DNA from: Minutocellus sp. GHC0000111
Taxonomy: Eukaryota
DNA length: 64,000 bases
Reading direction: 5' to 3'
Assembly: GCA_977018835.1 (NCBI GenBank)
Contig: OZ361258.1
Coordinates: 4,526,001 to 4,590,000 of the forward strand
Of this stretch, positions 13,101-24,863 are shown piece by piece; position 1 is the stretch's first letter; each line of letters opens with the position of its first letter. The translations under genes were made by a program, and so were the position numbers. The notes beneath the pieces are model-generated. The model saw only the letters and a program-made list of their open reading frames with translations. It did not search any database and was not told the DNA's origin.

Positions 13101-13410
13101 GAGAGGTCGGAAAAAAATCTTCGATCGGCGAAGTTCGTCATCGCACACGGAATCCTTTTTTACTTTATTTTTTCCAGCGGAAAGATTTCTTTTTCCGCGG
13201 AAGAAAAGAGCGAGGAATTTTTTCCGGCGGAAGATTTTCACATGAAAGTGTTCAAAACAGCAAGGAAAATTTAAGCGAAGTCGGAAAAAAAACTTCGCCA
13301 AAACTTTCCGACGGAAAAATATATCTTTCCGCGGAAACTTCTTCACAAGAAAATCTTCCGACGGAAAAAAATCTCTTCAAAACACCCGCAAGAAAATTTT
13401 CCGACCTCTC
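13101..13410. mobile_element. 310-bp MITE, PIF/Harbinger-like
   Basis: TIRs GAGAGGTCGGAAAA (13101-13114) and TTTTCCGACCTCTC (13397-13410). CAG on both flanks (13098-13100, 13411-13413). Six internal TTCC-N1-2-CGGAA near-palindromes. Confidence 0.7.
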
Positions 13411-13783
13411 CAGGTTCATTTGAGAATTCATCCCAAGATTTCGGAAGCGACACGTCACGACAACGACCTGAAAATCGAGTTTCGAAAAGCAGATGCAGAG
13501 GCCGCCGGGCACCATTACCAGTAACTCCGAAAGGCCTACATGTATGATGTACTTGTTGTCTCTACGGCCTCACACAACATCCTACTACGTAGCGAGAGTA
13601 CAACGTAGAATCCAAACATCGATCAATGGCAAACTTCCTGCCGCATACCAAGCATTCTTGATAACAATAAAACACACCCCAGGCCACTGCTGCATTGCGA
13701 ACTGCTGATAACTGCCCCGACTCTGTGTTGTGATTTTTGACTCGAGTCGAGTCAGCACAGCTGTCAGCTCACAGTGAGTAGCA

Positions 13784-16700
13784 ATGCAGTCTTCCGACAC
13801 CGCCTCGACCGCCGCCTCGACCGCCGCCTCGACTACCGCATCACCGTTTCGTATGAATACCAACGGCCCTCTCCTCGTGAGGAAGCGCGACGTCCGTCCC
13901 CTCGACATTCTGGTCGGGCGGGGCCATTTCAAATCTCCCGGCAACGCCCGGTACCTCCGCATCGTCTCGCAGCGGCAGGCCGACTACCGCTCCGCCAAGT
14001 ACGCCGACAAGGAGCGGATCGCCCAGGAGGTTCTGGAGGTGATTTATCGACCGGACTGTGGCGAAGATGATGGCGGTGAGGGTGAGGGTGGTGAGAATGG
14101 GGCTAATACTAATGACGATGACAAAAGCAATGAGCGGCGGGCCCGATTCCTGCAGCTCGAGCCGGATGAGGACCATCGGCAGCCCGACTCGCTCTGGAGG
14201 GTCGTCACGGGCAAGGTCGTTATGGACAAGGTCAAGATGAACCTAAGGCAAAAGTCCAGCAAGGCGCGAAGCGCTGCTGCGGCGACGACGCCAGGGACAG
14301 CGTCAGCGTCAGCAAATGCGGTACCGGTACCAAGTCTGGAAACATCGTCCTCGGCGGCGGCGGCGGCAATGGTGGCAGCTACGGGGACATCCCCCGCCAC
14401 CTCGTCATCCCAAGTCGCTGGCAATGGCGGAGCCGCCCAAGGCAACGGTTGTCCCAGCAGTGATCGTGGCTCTCCGTCGTCGTCGGCAGCCCCACCCCAA
14501 ACGAACCGGATGCAGTTCCTGCTCCAGGTGCTGGAGGTGGCGCGGACTCGAATGCAAACTTTGTGCAGCAAATATCCATCGGATGGCACGTACGGAGCAG
14601 GAGGGGCGGATCAGTATCATCGGAATATGGCCCAAGATCTGCACCAGCTGGGGGTGGAACTCTACCACACCCTCACGAGGGAGGATTCACTTCTCGTTTG
14701 GGCGGGAGGGGACATCGCTCGCAATTCATTAATGTCGGTCGCTGGAGGAGGGACAACAGGGACAAACATTGTTGCGGCATCTACTGTCGACTTTGAATCG
14801 GAGCATGAAGGTGGCGACGATGAAGACGACGACGACGACGAGTATCGAGCCACCAAGCGGCGTGGCGGGAGAAGAGCTCCTCTCATCGACTTCGGCTATC
14901 CATCCAATGTGTCTTTTTTGGTTGCGACCCTCCTGAGGTCTATATCAGATTTCTCAGAAGATGATTTGGTCACTGTGCGAGAACTGCATGAGGATCTTCG
15001 GCTGATGTTGGAGGCTCCAGATAAATACCTTGTCGATATCGTGTCAAACGACCTTGGTATTACTGGGACTCTTTGTATTCCACCGAAGCTGTATGGCCAA
15101 GAGAGACCCATGGAAATTTTGACGAATGCGTTCCAGAGCATCTTTATTACACGGCAAAACAATCGAGGACTAGTTTTGATTTCTGGCCGCGCTGGGAGTG
15201 GAAAGGTACGTTGCTTGGCCTCGATATCACCTGCCTCCGTTTATTTCTATTTCACCACCTGCACATCGCATTTCTTGCAGCTACCTCACAGGAAATGTTG
15301 TTGTCCTATTTATTTCTTCGCCCAACCAGACTTCATTGGCCGAATCAGTCTGTCAATCGCTTGGAAGCATGCACGGTGCAGTGCAAAGGATTTCGGTCAA
15401 ATTCAACGGTCAGGGCACTATTCAACCAATGACTGAGATAATGCGAGGCTTTGATAAGTACTGCCTCGATCTCCAAAATGGTGAAAACCTAGAGCTATTC
15501 CTCCAGGTTAGCGCTCGAGTACAGAACGCTTTGGGACCACTGCTGCAATTGCTAGTGGCCCAAATGCCAAGTCTTGCTATTCTGGCTGGAGGACATCAGG
15601 AACACGCACAACTTGAAATGGACAACGCGGAGATGTATAATATGCTCCTGTACGCTCTTCAAGCTTTTACTAGATCAATCGGGACCCCATCGCACCCGTT
15701 AGTTCTTTTGTTTGATGATTTGCAATGGGCAGACAAGGATACTCTGGCGTTGATTCGAAAAATTGCAGCAGATACGGATGCCTCTGCGTGTCCCACGTTG
15801 CTCGTCGGTTGCTATCGGGAAGAAGCGGTGCAAGATGATCCAGCAGTGTTCGAAAGTTTGAGTGAATTATCTCAAGCCGTGATACCTACGTGGAAAATTG
15901 CAATGGAACCCGTGGGAAGAAGTAGTGTCAACGAACTCCTCGTCGACACGTTTCGACAACCCCCTCGCCTCACGAAGGATCTTGCAAAGGAGATCTACAA
16001 CAAAACGCAAGGGAATCCGATGTTCATACGTCAGCTCTTGAAATCTCTATGTGATGAGGGGCTACTGGGATACTCCGCCAGCGAGAGGCGGTGGCGCTGG
16101 GACATTGCCAAAATCCGCTCTAAAACGATTGTCGACTCGGCCGTTGAGTTGGTGCTGGGTAGAATGAAGCTGTATGGAGCCGAAGTTATGTGGGCCTTGA
16201 AAATTGCCGCACTTATCGGCATCCGCTTTGAGGCATCAACGATGCAACTATTTCATTCTGGCAGTGACGGTGGAGGGGACGGCTCTTCAATACTCACTGC
16301 AGTTGACTTTCTCCTTGAGGACGGAATAATTTCGTTGGATGGAGCGACGTTTCGGTTCAATCATGATGTGCTCTGGCAGGCAGCGTACTCTCTGACGCCA
16401 AGAGAAGACATTGAGAAGACACATCTCTTTGTTGGGCAGCGTCTATTGAAGGGTGCAAGCTGCCGCTCTAGCGAAAGTGTCGATATTCATTTGAATACGA
16501 TTGTAGACCAAATGAATCGAGGAGTAATGCATCTTCAAAGCCGTCATGAGAAACTTCGCCTTGCTGAGCTCAATCTACAAGCCGGCAAAAACAGTGCGGA
16601 TGCATTTGCCTTTCTTCAGGCATCGATTTATTTTCTACAAGGGACTGTGTTGGTAGACGATGAAGCCTGTACAACTCACTATGGCCTTACTCTTGACCTG

Positions 16701-17844
16701 TACACGAATTGCATCAAAGCCCAGCTCACGCTCGGGAATCACAGCAACGTCATCATGTCATCAACCCCTATCCTCTCGCACGCGCAATGCCTCCACGACA
16801 AGTTAGAGGCATACTTTGCATTGATCACGGCGTTGATATCGCAAAACGAAATGGAACAAGCTTTGGATCACTGCCGAAATGTGCTTTCGGCACTTGGCGA
16901 AGCCCTTCCGAGGACAGAAGATGTCAACCAGCTCGAAGTTAAGAGAGGACTCGAGCGTACCATAGGCATTGTGTCTCCCCTGACGTTTGAGGATATTATC
17001 AATTTGCCAGGTATGGCGGATGGAGACAAGAAAGTCGCAATGCGTTTCCTTTTACTTGCAGGTAGAATCTTTTGGACCTCAGATCCTCTTTCTTATACAA
17101 TCACATTGCTTCGTTGTGTAGTCATTACAGTTCATCATGGGTTGACTTCGGAATCTTCTGTGTCGTTTTCTGCCTTGGCGTTAATTCTACACAGTTTGGA
17201 AAAGTACGACGCCTCAGCTGCTTATGCGCATATTGCCATGTCTCTTCTGAAAAAGTACCGCAATCGACACAGCAATCTTGTACTTTCAACCTTGAATTTG
17301 TCAATTTCCCCCCTACGGCAACCCCTGCAGGCGTGTAGTGACGCTCTGTTTTTGTCCTACAAAGATAATGTTGCGACTGGAATCACGGAGTGGGATCTAA
17401 TAGCTCTTGCTTCGTCAACAATAATTGACTTGCTTGGGACTCGCATCCTTTTGGATTGTTCGTCAAGGTGATGACGACCCTAGCGGGACTTGGCTATCTC
17501 TTGGTCGTGACTTAGCTTCAAAAATGAAGGGATGGGCCGAGAATGGTTCTTCATGGAACTTTAGCCAGAAGTATCACTTGCTCTCGGCGGAACAAGCCTT
17601 TGCACAGAACGAAATTGAATTTGCCATTTCTAGTTACGACAAAGCCGTTGCAGAGGCCAAGGAACACAAGTTCATAAATGAAGCAGCCCTGGCAAGTGAG
17701 TGTGCTGGCTTATTTTACTTGGATCAAGGAAATTTGATCAAGGTTCAGGAGTATTTTTCGTCTGCCGAGGAAGCATATCGCAATTGGGGAGCTTTACGAA
17801 AGGCGGAACACGTCCATTCAATAATGGAATCAGCGATCCCGTAA
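13784..17844 (+). CDS. DUF6824-like domain + degenerate kinase + COG3899-like AAA/STAND ATPase + TPR-like helical region (paralog 1)
   Basis: DILVGRG..PGNARY..WRVV..DKVKMNLRQ (DUF6824-like). Intron 15206-15329 splits Walker A GRAGSGK|T. Walker B LLFDDLQWAD, KTQGNPMF, FRFNHD and a C-terminal WGALRK. Frameshift or deletion near 17425. Confidence 0.75.
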
Positions 17845-17883
17845 CAGTTTAATTGAAGCCTTTCTTTGACAATAGAGATGCAT

Positions 17884-20180
17884 TTATTCTACGCTCCTTA
17901 TTTTTTCCTTCAGATCATTGCACTTTCTAAGAGCGCCCCACTTCCTGCATGCATCGTGAGCACTTTCGTATTGCAATTCCGCAGATAAATCTTCTCCCGA
18001 CCTCTGGAGAAAATCTCCGTATCGCTCATGTATTAGTGCTTCCTCATTCAGAAATCCGTGTTGCTGAGCTAATGCTATAGCTTTCTGATAGGCTGCAGTA
18101 GCTCCACTTTGTTCCCATAAATTCGCCATCTGCTCTGCCCGAAGAAAAAGCAATTTATGTTCACAATTCCAAGCCGAGGATGCCGTCCACCTTTCCATCC
18201 TAGAGATGTTGGCATCAATTATATTCTGCCATTTTTCATTAGTAGGATCACTCCGTTGCATTGAAAGTGCGGCAAGGCAACCATAAAAGGCGCAGACGCA
18301 CACGGTGTACCTGGCCATCAAATTCGTATCCATGTCATATTCGACACATTTGAGGTACATTTCGGCAGCCACCTTGTCCATTCCAAAGACGTGGGCGAGA
18401 ATCAATCGGAGAAAGTAAAATTGACAAATTTTGGAGTTGTTCTTTCGCTCAATTAAAGCCTCGAGAAACGAAGAACCTTGCAAAACATCGCCTTCGAGCA
18501 TAGTTGGGTCTTGCTGACCTGCAACGCCCATCATATTTTGAGCGCACTGCCAAGTTGGCAAGGAAAGGGTTGCAATGACATCCATTCGATGGCTTTTGCA
18601 ATCCTTGACCAATGTTGATCCCGGGGATCTGGTCCCGGATATCCGTTGCATTTTGCTGCTTGCGATCGGCGCCCAGCACAGAGATCACTCGCTACTCGTC
18701 GAGGCCGCCGGCCCCTCGCCGATTTTTTCGTCGTTTGGCCGTTATTGTTTCCGGCCCTTCCGCCCGCACTACATGCTCTGGCCCCTGCATTACGCACTTT
18801 TGCGATCTTGCCCACCATTACCGGCTCTGGCTCATCACCACTGCCGGCAAACCACCTACCTGCTTGCTTCTTAAAAGGAGGAGCAACCATTTGATGTTGC
18901 TATTTGGATGTCATCAACCATTGGACATTGCTATTTGAACATCACCTCATTTTCTATTGGAGAATTTCATTTACTTATTTTATGAATGCAACCTTTTCCC
19001 GGTCTTTTGAGTTCAGGATTTCATCATTCGATGATTTCCTGAGCGAGGGTGTGTGTTGATCCCGGGGATCTGGTCCCGGACATCCGTTGCATTTTGCTGC
19101 TTGCGATCGGCGCCCAGCACAGATCACTCGCTGCTAGAACAGCTCACAATCTGTGTAGTTCCTCAGTTACGCATGTGCTGCGAGAACCTGCTGGTCTGCC
19201 ATCTTCTTAGCAACCAAGTCGCTGACGACGGCTTTTGACCACCACTGTTGCAAGAGGCTGGCCAACCTGGAATGTGCTCATGGCGTGAAGCTGCACACCG
19301 ATCATGGCATGTTCAGGATCGCCAGAAGCAATTGCAGAATCGTGACCAAGGACTAGAGGAGGGAGAGTCGTTGGAGCGGCTCCGCCCAAACATTGACGCA
19401 GCTGTGTAGAGCAACGGATTTACTCGGCCGGCCACAGAGGGCGGGAATTTTCAGCTTCTTGACAATCGCAGCTGCAATCTTTCCAGCACGACATCCCTCG
19501 TCATAATTCTCCAAGAAACCGCACTCCGTGGTTCCATGAACAGCGAATGCACACAGGCTGATTATTGGCAAACACTCCATGCCGCCGAACAATCAATCAA
19601 CTGAACCATTTTGCAAGCTGCCATCGGTGCTAGTAGGGCCTTCGTCATGTAGACATAAAGGAAAAGAATGTGCAAGAATTTCATTGCGCACAACTTTTGG
19701 TAACCAGTCATCAAGTGATGTTTCTCAAACCATTCTCTTTTCTTGTCCGCAACAAGATTCTTGGTTCCTCCAGTCAGTTCACTCATCATTCACACTTGCT
19801 TGTTTGCCGATATCTGCATTCACATCAATGGGCTCATCGAGATGTTCAAGGACATTGAACCCCATGGAAAGAGCTGCCTTTAGATCTTGCTGGGCGGCGA
19901 GAGCACTTGTCATTGTGCAGCAAGCGCGAAGCTCATCATCAAAGTTCTTTGCTTTCTCTCTTGACAAAATCTCATTCAGAGCCATCATTGTCATTATTTC
20001 ATATTCGCCAGTGGCACATGTGGTCTCAGAAAGTGAAGTGTAAATCTCACAAGGAAGCAACTGCCCAACAGGCCAAGCAAGTTCAGTTACGTTTGCTGCC
20101 CCCTCACAACACCTGAAAGTCAAATCAATTCGCAACACATGCAGGTGATGGTGGGTGAAGCTTCGTCTGGCCGCGCGACC
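17884..20180 (-). pseudogene. 5'-truncated, frameshifted paralog 2 of the COG3899-like STAND/TPR gene
   Basis: Fragments EIYTSLSET, VNVWAEPLQ, IASGDPEHAM, FQVGQPL, SAWNCEHKL and KWGALRK match the 30627-33482 protein. Multiple frameshifts, interrupted by the insertion at 18613-19212. Confidence 0.85.
18613..19212 (+). mobile_element. 600-bp internally deleted LTR retroelement remnant (TRIM-like)
   Basis: TG...CA ends and a 5-bp TSD ACCAA (18608-18612, 19213-19217). The first ~80 bp recur at 19054, preceded by the purine-rich GAGCGAGGG (19041-19049). Putative 159-bp 3' LTR at 19054-19212. Confidence 0.8.
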
Positions 20181-21762
20181 GATGATCGACAACGGCCTTG
20201 GACTCAATCGACTAAAAATTAGAACCAAACACGGCAGAAGCAAGGCAAAATGGTGTATCGCTATGCTGGCGCAAGTACTGGCCCAACGCTGGCCGCCGAT
20301 GGCTCGAATGGACCGCATTGAATAGGGGATGACTTGGGGAGTATGTGGGTGTGCGTGCTGCCGGCTTGTGGTGCGATAAACTCACAAAAAGACCGTGGCG
20401 TAAAACCACCGATTCGACCGTTCTGCCACCCCCCCGTTGTCCTTCTGCCTCCGATGAGGTACCATCTTGCCGACCGCGCGCCGCCCACGCCATTTTTTTC
20501 CTCGTTATTATCGATGAGAACGAGGCTGGTCTGGTGGCGGGGGGTTCGACAGGGTTCTTCTGTCTAAAAACGGCCCAGAACGTCGGAATTCGTGTCCCCA
20601 CCAATCACCACAGCGCGATGCCTGGTACCGTCCCTCGGTGATATTGGCCAATCAGTATGTAGCGCCCTTGTGGTGTCTTCTCTTTGGTATTTTTGCGCAT
20701 GTCTGCGGCAGCAGCACTCGAATCGCCGCGTCACCCTATGTGTAAGCTCAGCCCAACGTCACTGGCCTTCAAGTTTGGCAAACCGATGAGGAGGAGAGTT
20801 TGAGTGCGTCGACCGACGTTGCGTTGGTATTTGTCCTCGTCCCGCCGTTGCTGTTGGCGGCCGATGTATAGTTGGAGCCTGGGCCGGGCAGTTTGGGGGG
20901 CTGAGAGGGCGAGGTGTGTCGAATGGACGGGCTGTTCCTGTTTTGAGAGCGATAATGTGATGAGACTGCTTGAATTCAGGGGGCGATATCTCGGCGAAGA
21001 AATGGTGTGGAATCGCCACTACTGCCTTGGATCGCTTCACAATAACAACAGAAAGGTAGAACGGCGGTTGGAGGTGAAACGAGAGGTGCTGGTTGAGCTC
21101 CAGCGATTGATTCCTCTCAAATTGCGGAATAATGAAATGAGCTTAGTAAGTGAATAGACCCGAAAGCACATTCTCGTCGAGTAAGCCCCCCCCATGCGCT
21201 AAATATAGCTTGCATTGATGTTCTAGTGAATACTTTGGTGCGTGGCTCTGTGCCTATTTGACTTGACGGTGGTGATAGTTGGGCTCAAACTTGGGTAATT
21301 TTTCACTAACTTCGCACGCGTTGGACGTCGTCGGCGATGTTCGGCGACATTTTTAACGCGTGGTTTGATAGCAATTTTGGCCAAAAGGTGGATCGGTATC
21401 TCGACACCAAGACAACCTCCGAACATCGGACCACCATTCATATCTATCCAAATAGCATCTAAAGAGAAGAAATAGAGAGTATGAGATAGCTTACTTTCCT
21501 ACAAGCACTATTTCAACAACACACCGTTCACAGGTGTTGCGAATGCTAAGAGGTAGGTCCTAAAGCTAAGCTAGATAGATATAGCTAGTAGAGGAGGTTA
21601 ATAGGACCTACATAGATGAAAAATGGGCCATTGGAGATGTCGTTGGCCCATGGATCAACGGTCAGGAGAGGGCACTGAGTCAGTGGTCTGATCACCGTAC
21701 GTACCGTACGTATGTATATGTACGTACGTATCCCACGGTGTCAACACACCCTCGCAGATCAC

Positions 21763-21821
21763 AATGACTAGTGCCATTGAATCTACATGTAGAGTCCGTA
21801 GATTCAATGGCACTAGTCATT
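21763..21821. repeat. Perfect 24-bp inverted repeat with an 11-nt spacer
   Basis: AATGACTAGTGCCATTGAATCTAC (21763-21786) and its reverse complement (21798-21821). Confidence 0.9.
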
Positions 21822-21897
21822 AGATATAGCTAGTAGAGGTTAAGAGGGCGCTGTCCATAACTTTTAGGAAGCCCCCAAAAAAGCGTGTTTTGTGCCG

Positions 21898-22016
21898 TTT
21901 TTTCTTCACACCATCGCCCAAAGTTGGCACTCCAATGTGACAATGGGCTCCTCATCGTTTTTTCTTCACACCATCGCCAAAGTTGGCACTCCAACGTGAC
22001 AATGGGCTCCTCATCG
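21898..22016 (+). repeat. Subterminal ~60-bp tandem duplication in the transposon left end
   Basis: Two near-identical copies of TTTTTTCTTCACACCATCGCC...GACAATGGGCTCCTCATCG. Confidence 0.9.
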
Positions 22017-22260
22017 AAGGCCGCCGCTCTCCACAGTGGCGAAGAGTCATCGACGTTCCTTTCAGCATTAAGTCGGAAATCCCTCCAAGAACACTTGGTT
22101 CAGAGGAACTTCGATGAATCAACTCTCCCTCAGAAATGCAACAGTCGACGTCATCGTCGGATCGACCGAAATTAGTCTCGGCCGACGCATGACCAGCATT
22201 GGTGGTGCTGGTGGGAAGACATCTTGAAGTTTTGCTGTTGGGAGGTAAGGGGACATTTGT

Positions 22261-24759
22261 TTGGGGTATTTTTGCACGTCTCCCTCATTTGGGGTTCTTT
22301 TTGTAAGGTTCTCATCGAAAAGCGCATCTTGCGCCAGAACCGACACAAAACAAAAAAACAACCATGGAACATCACGTGCTAACGCCAAGGAGGCAATCCT
22401 CTCACTCTTGCTCTCATTCCCAGACAACGTCAGATGTACTTACTACACTATTGATGAGCTTGTCCGTATCTTGATGCGCGGTGGCGCATCGCCGAGCTTA
22501 GAGATCTCTCTTGTTCGATCATCTCTTCAACACGTCCCAACACGACACGAGGTCAACATCCAACGACGACGTCCAGAGAAAACATCAGGCCTTGACGTTG
22601 CAAAGCCCTTCTACCGCTTCTCCAGAACAGCCGATAACGCCAGCCCACGCTCTCAACGCAATGGCAAGCGATCACTGCCGACCACACCTGAAAATCACTT
22701 CCAGGACGATGAAAAGCATGGGCCCCATCTCAACGCGATGCTGAAACATTGTTCCGACAAGAATTCTTCGGGCGGTCGGTCATCTACTCCCACCGCCAAC
22801 GCTGCCGATCGTCCCAACATCACCGGCGTGCAGCTCAACGGCAAAAGAATTGTGGTTGAGATGAAGCAGCTGCATGATTTCGTACAGAATCTCCACCGAT
22901 CGTGCGGCAATCTGTGTCTCTCGGCCGAGCCAGTTCGGCGTGGATTCGGCGTTACATTTGAATGGCGATGCGATAGATGCAACCAACCTTTTTCTTTTTG
23001 CACTTGGATCGGCCAGAGGTCAGAAGTTGTGTGCCCCGGCAGAAAGCATTCTAGAAGTCAGGCTGGAATGAACTTGGAGCTGATGGAGGCAGCGGAAGAT
23101 GAGGCCATGCACGCAAGTCGCTTCATGAATTTCTGCACGAAGGCCGACATCGTCCATCCGACCGAAAAGAATGCCCGACAGGTGGAAAAGAAATGCAGAG
23201 CAGCGGCTGTTGAAGCAGCTGATGAAATCATTGACGAGAACAGGGCAAAAGCACATGCCGCTAGCAGCAAGACTGTTGAGTTTGAACAAGGCGGCGAGAT
23301 GCACACGGCGGCGGTGGTTACGGTGGCCCAAGACGGCAGCGCCCTCAAACGCGACTACGGCCATTGCTGCACTGGCTCTGCTGCAGCGGTGTTTGCCGTA
23401 GACAAGGAAACTGGCCTTGTTTTTGACAAGGGAATCTCTCAGGCAAGCTGCCACTGTTGCGTGAGAGCCTGCAATGCAAGATTGAGGGAGAGGCGGGAAG
23501 CCGGCAATCCAATAACGCCGAGTGAGCTCAAAAACATGAGCAAGGATGAGACACTGGCCCTGTACGACCATGATGGCTTCTGCTATCGCAACTCTTCCTA
23601 CTCCCCCGGTGTGGCAGAGGAGCATCTGGCCGAGAATGTTGGACGGAATCTTCTGGTCGACGATGAAGGAAGCGTGCAGGCGTGTCCTCTTTTCGTTGAG
23701 AAGCACGTTGCCGATGGCGATAACAAAGGCATTGCTAGGGCAGCAGCCGCTCAGGAAGACATAGCAGGTGATGAGTTGGCTTCTGGTGTTGAGCTTTGCC
23801 GTGACTTTAATCATCTGAGCAATTCAATTGACTCAGGCTTTCGAAAAGTATGCAAAGGAGTTGAAAATTTTAATGCCATCCCCCGACCACGCATCAATCG
23901 GATGAAACAGGACATTTCGAAGATTACTGATCGGTACAAGCACAGCGTTCTCGATCAGCCCGATGGTGCTGTGTCCGAGGAGGAAAAACAAAGTCATCTG
24001 GCCCTCTTTCAGAAAGAACTCCAGTCCGTCGTTCGTCACCAATGTGGCATTCACACTTTTTGCACCACCAACACGTGTGATTGGATTCGCCTCAGCATTG
24101 CTCATACTGCCGACTCCAACTGCAAGAAGGAATCTACCACCGGCGTCGAACAGCTCAACGGGATGGTGACGAAGTTCACGATGGGGAAAAGGCCGAATTT
24201 GACTGCTTCAGACGCCTACCCAAATGCAACAAGTAGAGCCGCTGGCCACAAGTCACTGGGTACGGAATTCAATGAGCGAGTTCTTGGAAAGTTGGGATCG
24301 AGGGATTCTCCTGCCCGAAAAGATGGATTCGATGCAATTGACCGGAAGCTCGAGGGCGACCTTGCGCGTAAGCGCACCGATGAGTACAAAAAGAGCAAGA
24401 GCGACAGCAAGCGCCTTCGAGCAGCCTTGCGAAACAGAAGCGAGAAAGACGACAAGGACTATGTGTACAAGAAGAACAGGGCCCTAGCTGCTGGTAAGGC
24501 GAAACCAGCAAAGCCTGGCCGCAAGAAGAAGATTGACCAGCAGTGTCAGAAATGCAAGCAGCTTGGCCACACTCGGGCTGAATGTCAATGCGACGATGCT
24601 GACGACGTTGTCGTTTACGCCGGAAAGAAGCGCAGAAGCCCAGGCAGCAACAAGAAATCTGCAAGAAATAATAAGAAAGCTAAGACAAACTTCGGTGTAT
24701 CGGCAAATGATGTTAGCTCTTGGATGCCGGCGATACTGAGAGAAAATGGCAGCTTGTAA
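22261..24759 (+). CDS. Kolobok/Mutator-like DDE transposase with a C-terminal CCHC knuckle
   Basis: TVAQDGSALKRDYGH (D1, codon 23332), KETGLVFD..CHCC, HDGFCYRN, VADGDNK (D2, 23713), CRDFNH, HQCGIHTFC, TTGVEQLNG (E, 24148) and CQKCKQLGHTRAEC. True start uncertain; first in-frame ATG is 22474. Confidence 0.85.
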   Translation: MGYFCTSPSFGVLFVRFSSKSASCARTDTKQKNNHGTSRANAKEAILSLLLSFPDNVRCTYYTIDELVRILMRGGASPSLEISLVRSSLQHVPTRHEVNIQRRRPEKTSGLDVAKPFYRFSRTADNASPRSQRNGKRSLPTTPENHFQDDEKHGPHLNAMLKHCSDKNSSGGRSSTPTANAADRPNITGVQLNGKRIVVEMKQLHDFVQNLHRSCGNLCLSAEPVRRGFGVTFEWRCDRCNQPFSFCTWIGQRSEVVCPGRKHSRSQAGMNLELMEAAEDEAMHASRFMNFCTKADIVHPTEKNARQVEKKCRAAAVEAADEIIDENRAKAHAASSKTVEFEQGGEMHTAAVVTVAQDGSALKRDYGHCCTGSAAAVFAVDKETGLVFDKGISQASCHCCVRACNARLRERREAGNPITPSELKNMSKDETLALYDHDGFCYRNSSYSPGVAEEHLAENVGRNLLVDDEGSVQACPLFVEKHVADGDNKGIARAAAAQEDIAGDELASGVELCRDFNHLSNSIDSGFRKVCKGVENFNAIPRPRINRMKQDISKITDRYKHSVLDQPDGAVSEEEKQSHLALFQKELQSVVRHQCGIHTFCTTNTCDWIRLSIAHTADSNCKKESTTGVEQLNGMVTKFTMGKRPNLTASDAYPNATSRAAGHKSLGTEFNERVLGKLGSRDSPARKDGFDAIDRKLEGDLARKRTDEYKKSKSDSKRLRAALRNRSEKDDKDYVYKKNRALAAGKAKPAKPGRKKKIDQQCQKCKQLGHTRAECQCDDADDVVVYAGKKRRSPGSNKKSARNNKKAKTNFGVSANDVSSWMPAILRENGSL

Positions 24760-24863
24760 ACACGTGTAAAATATTTTATCACTGTAAATAAAAATGGATT
24801 TATTGTGTGCTGTTACTCACGTGCTACGCACATTCTTGTTATCTACATGTGTTGAGGTAATGA

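Noticed and set aside
12953..13515. ORFs across the Phe/Lys/Arg-rich 13 kb region
   Set aside because: They are translations of the palindromic MITE.
20200..21550. Possible further mobile element or gene between the pseudogene and the Kolobok element
   Set aside because: No TIR pair, TSD or protein motif could be identified.
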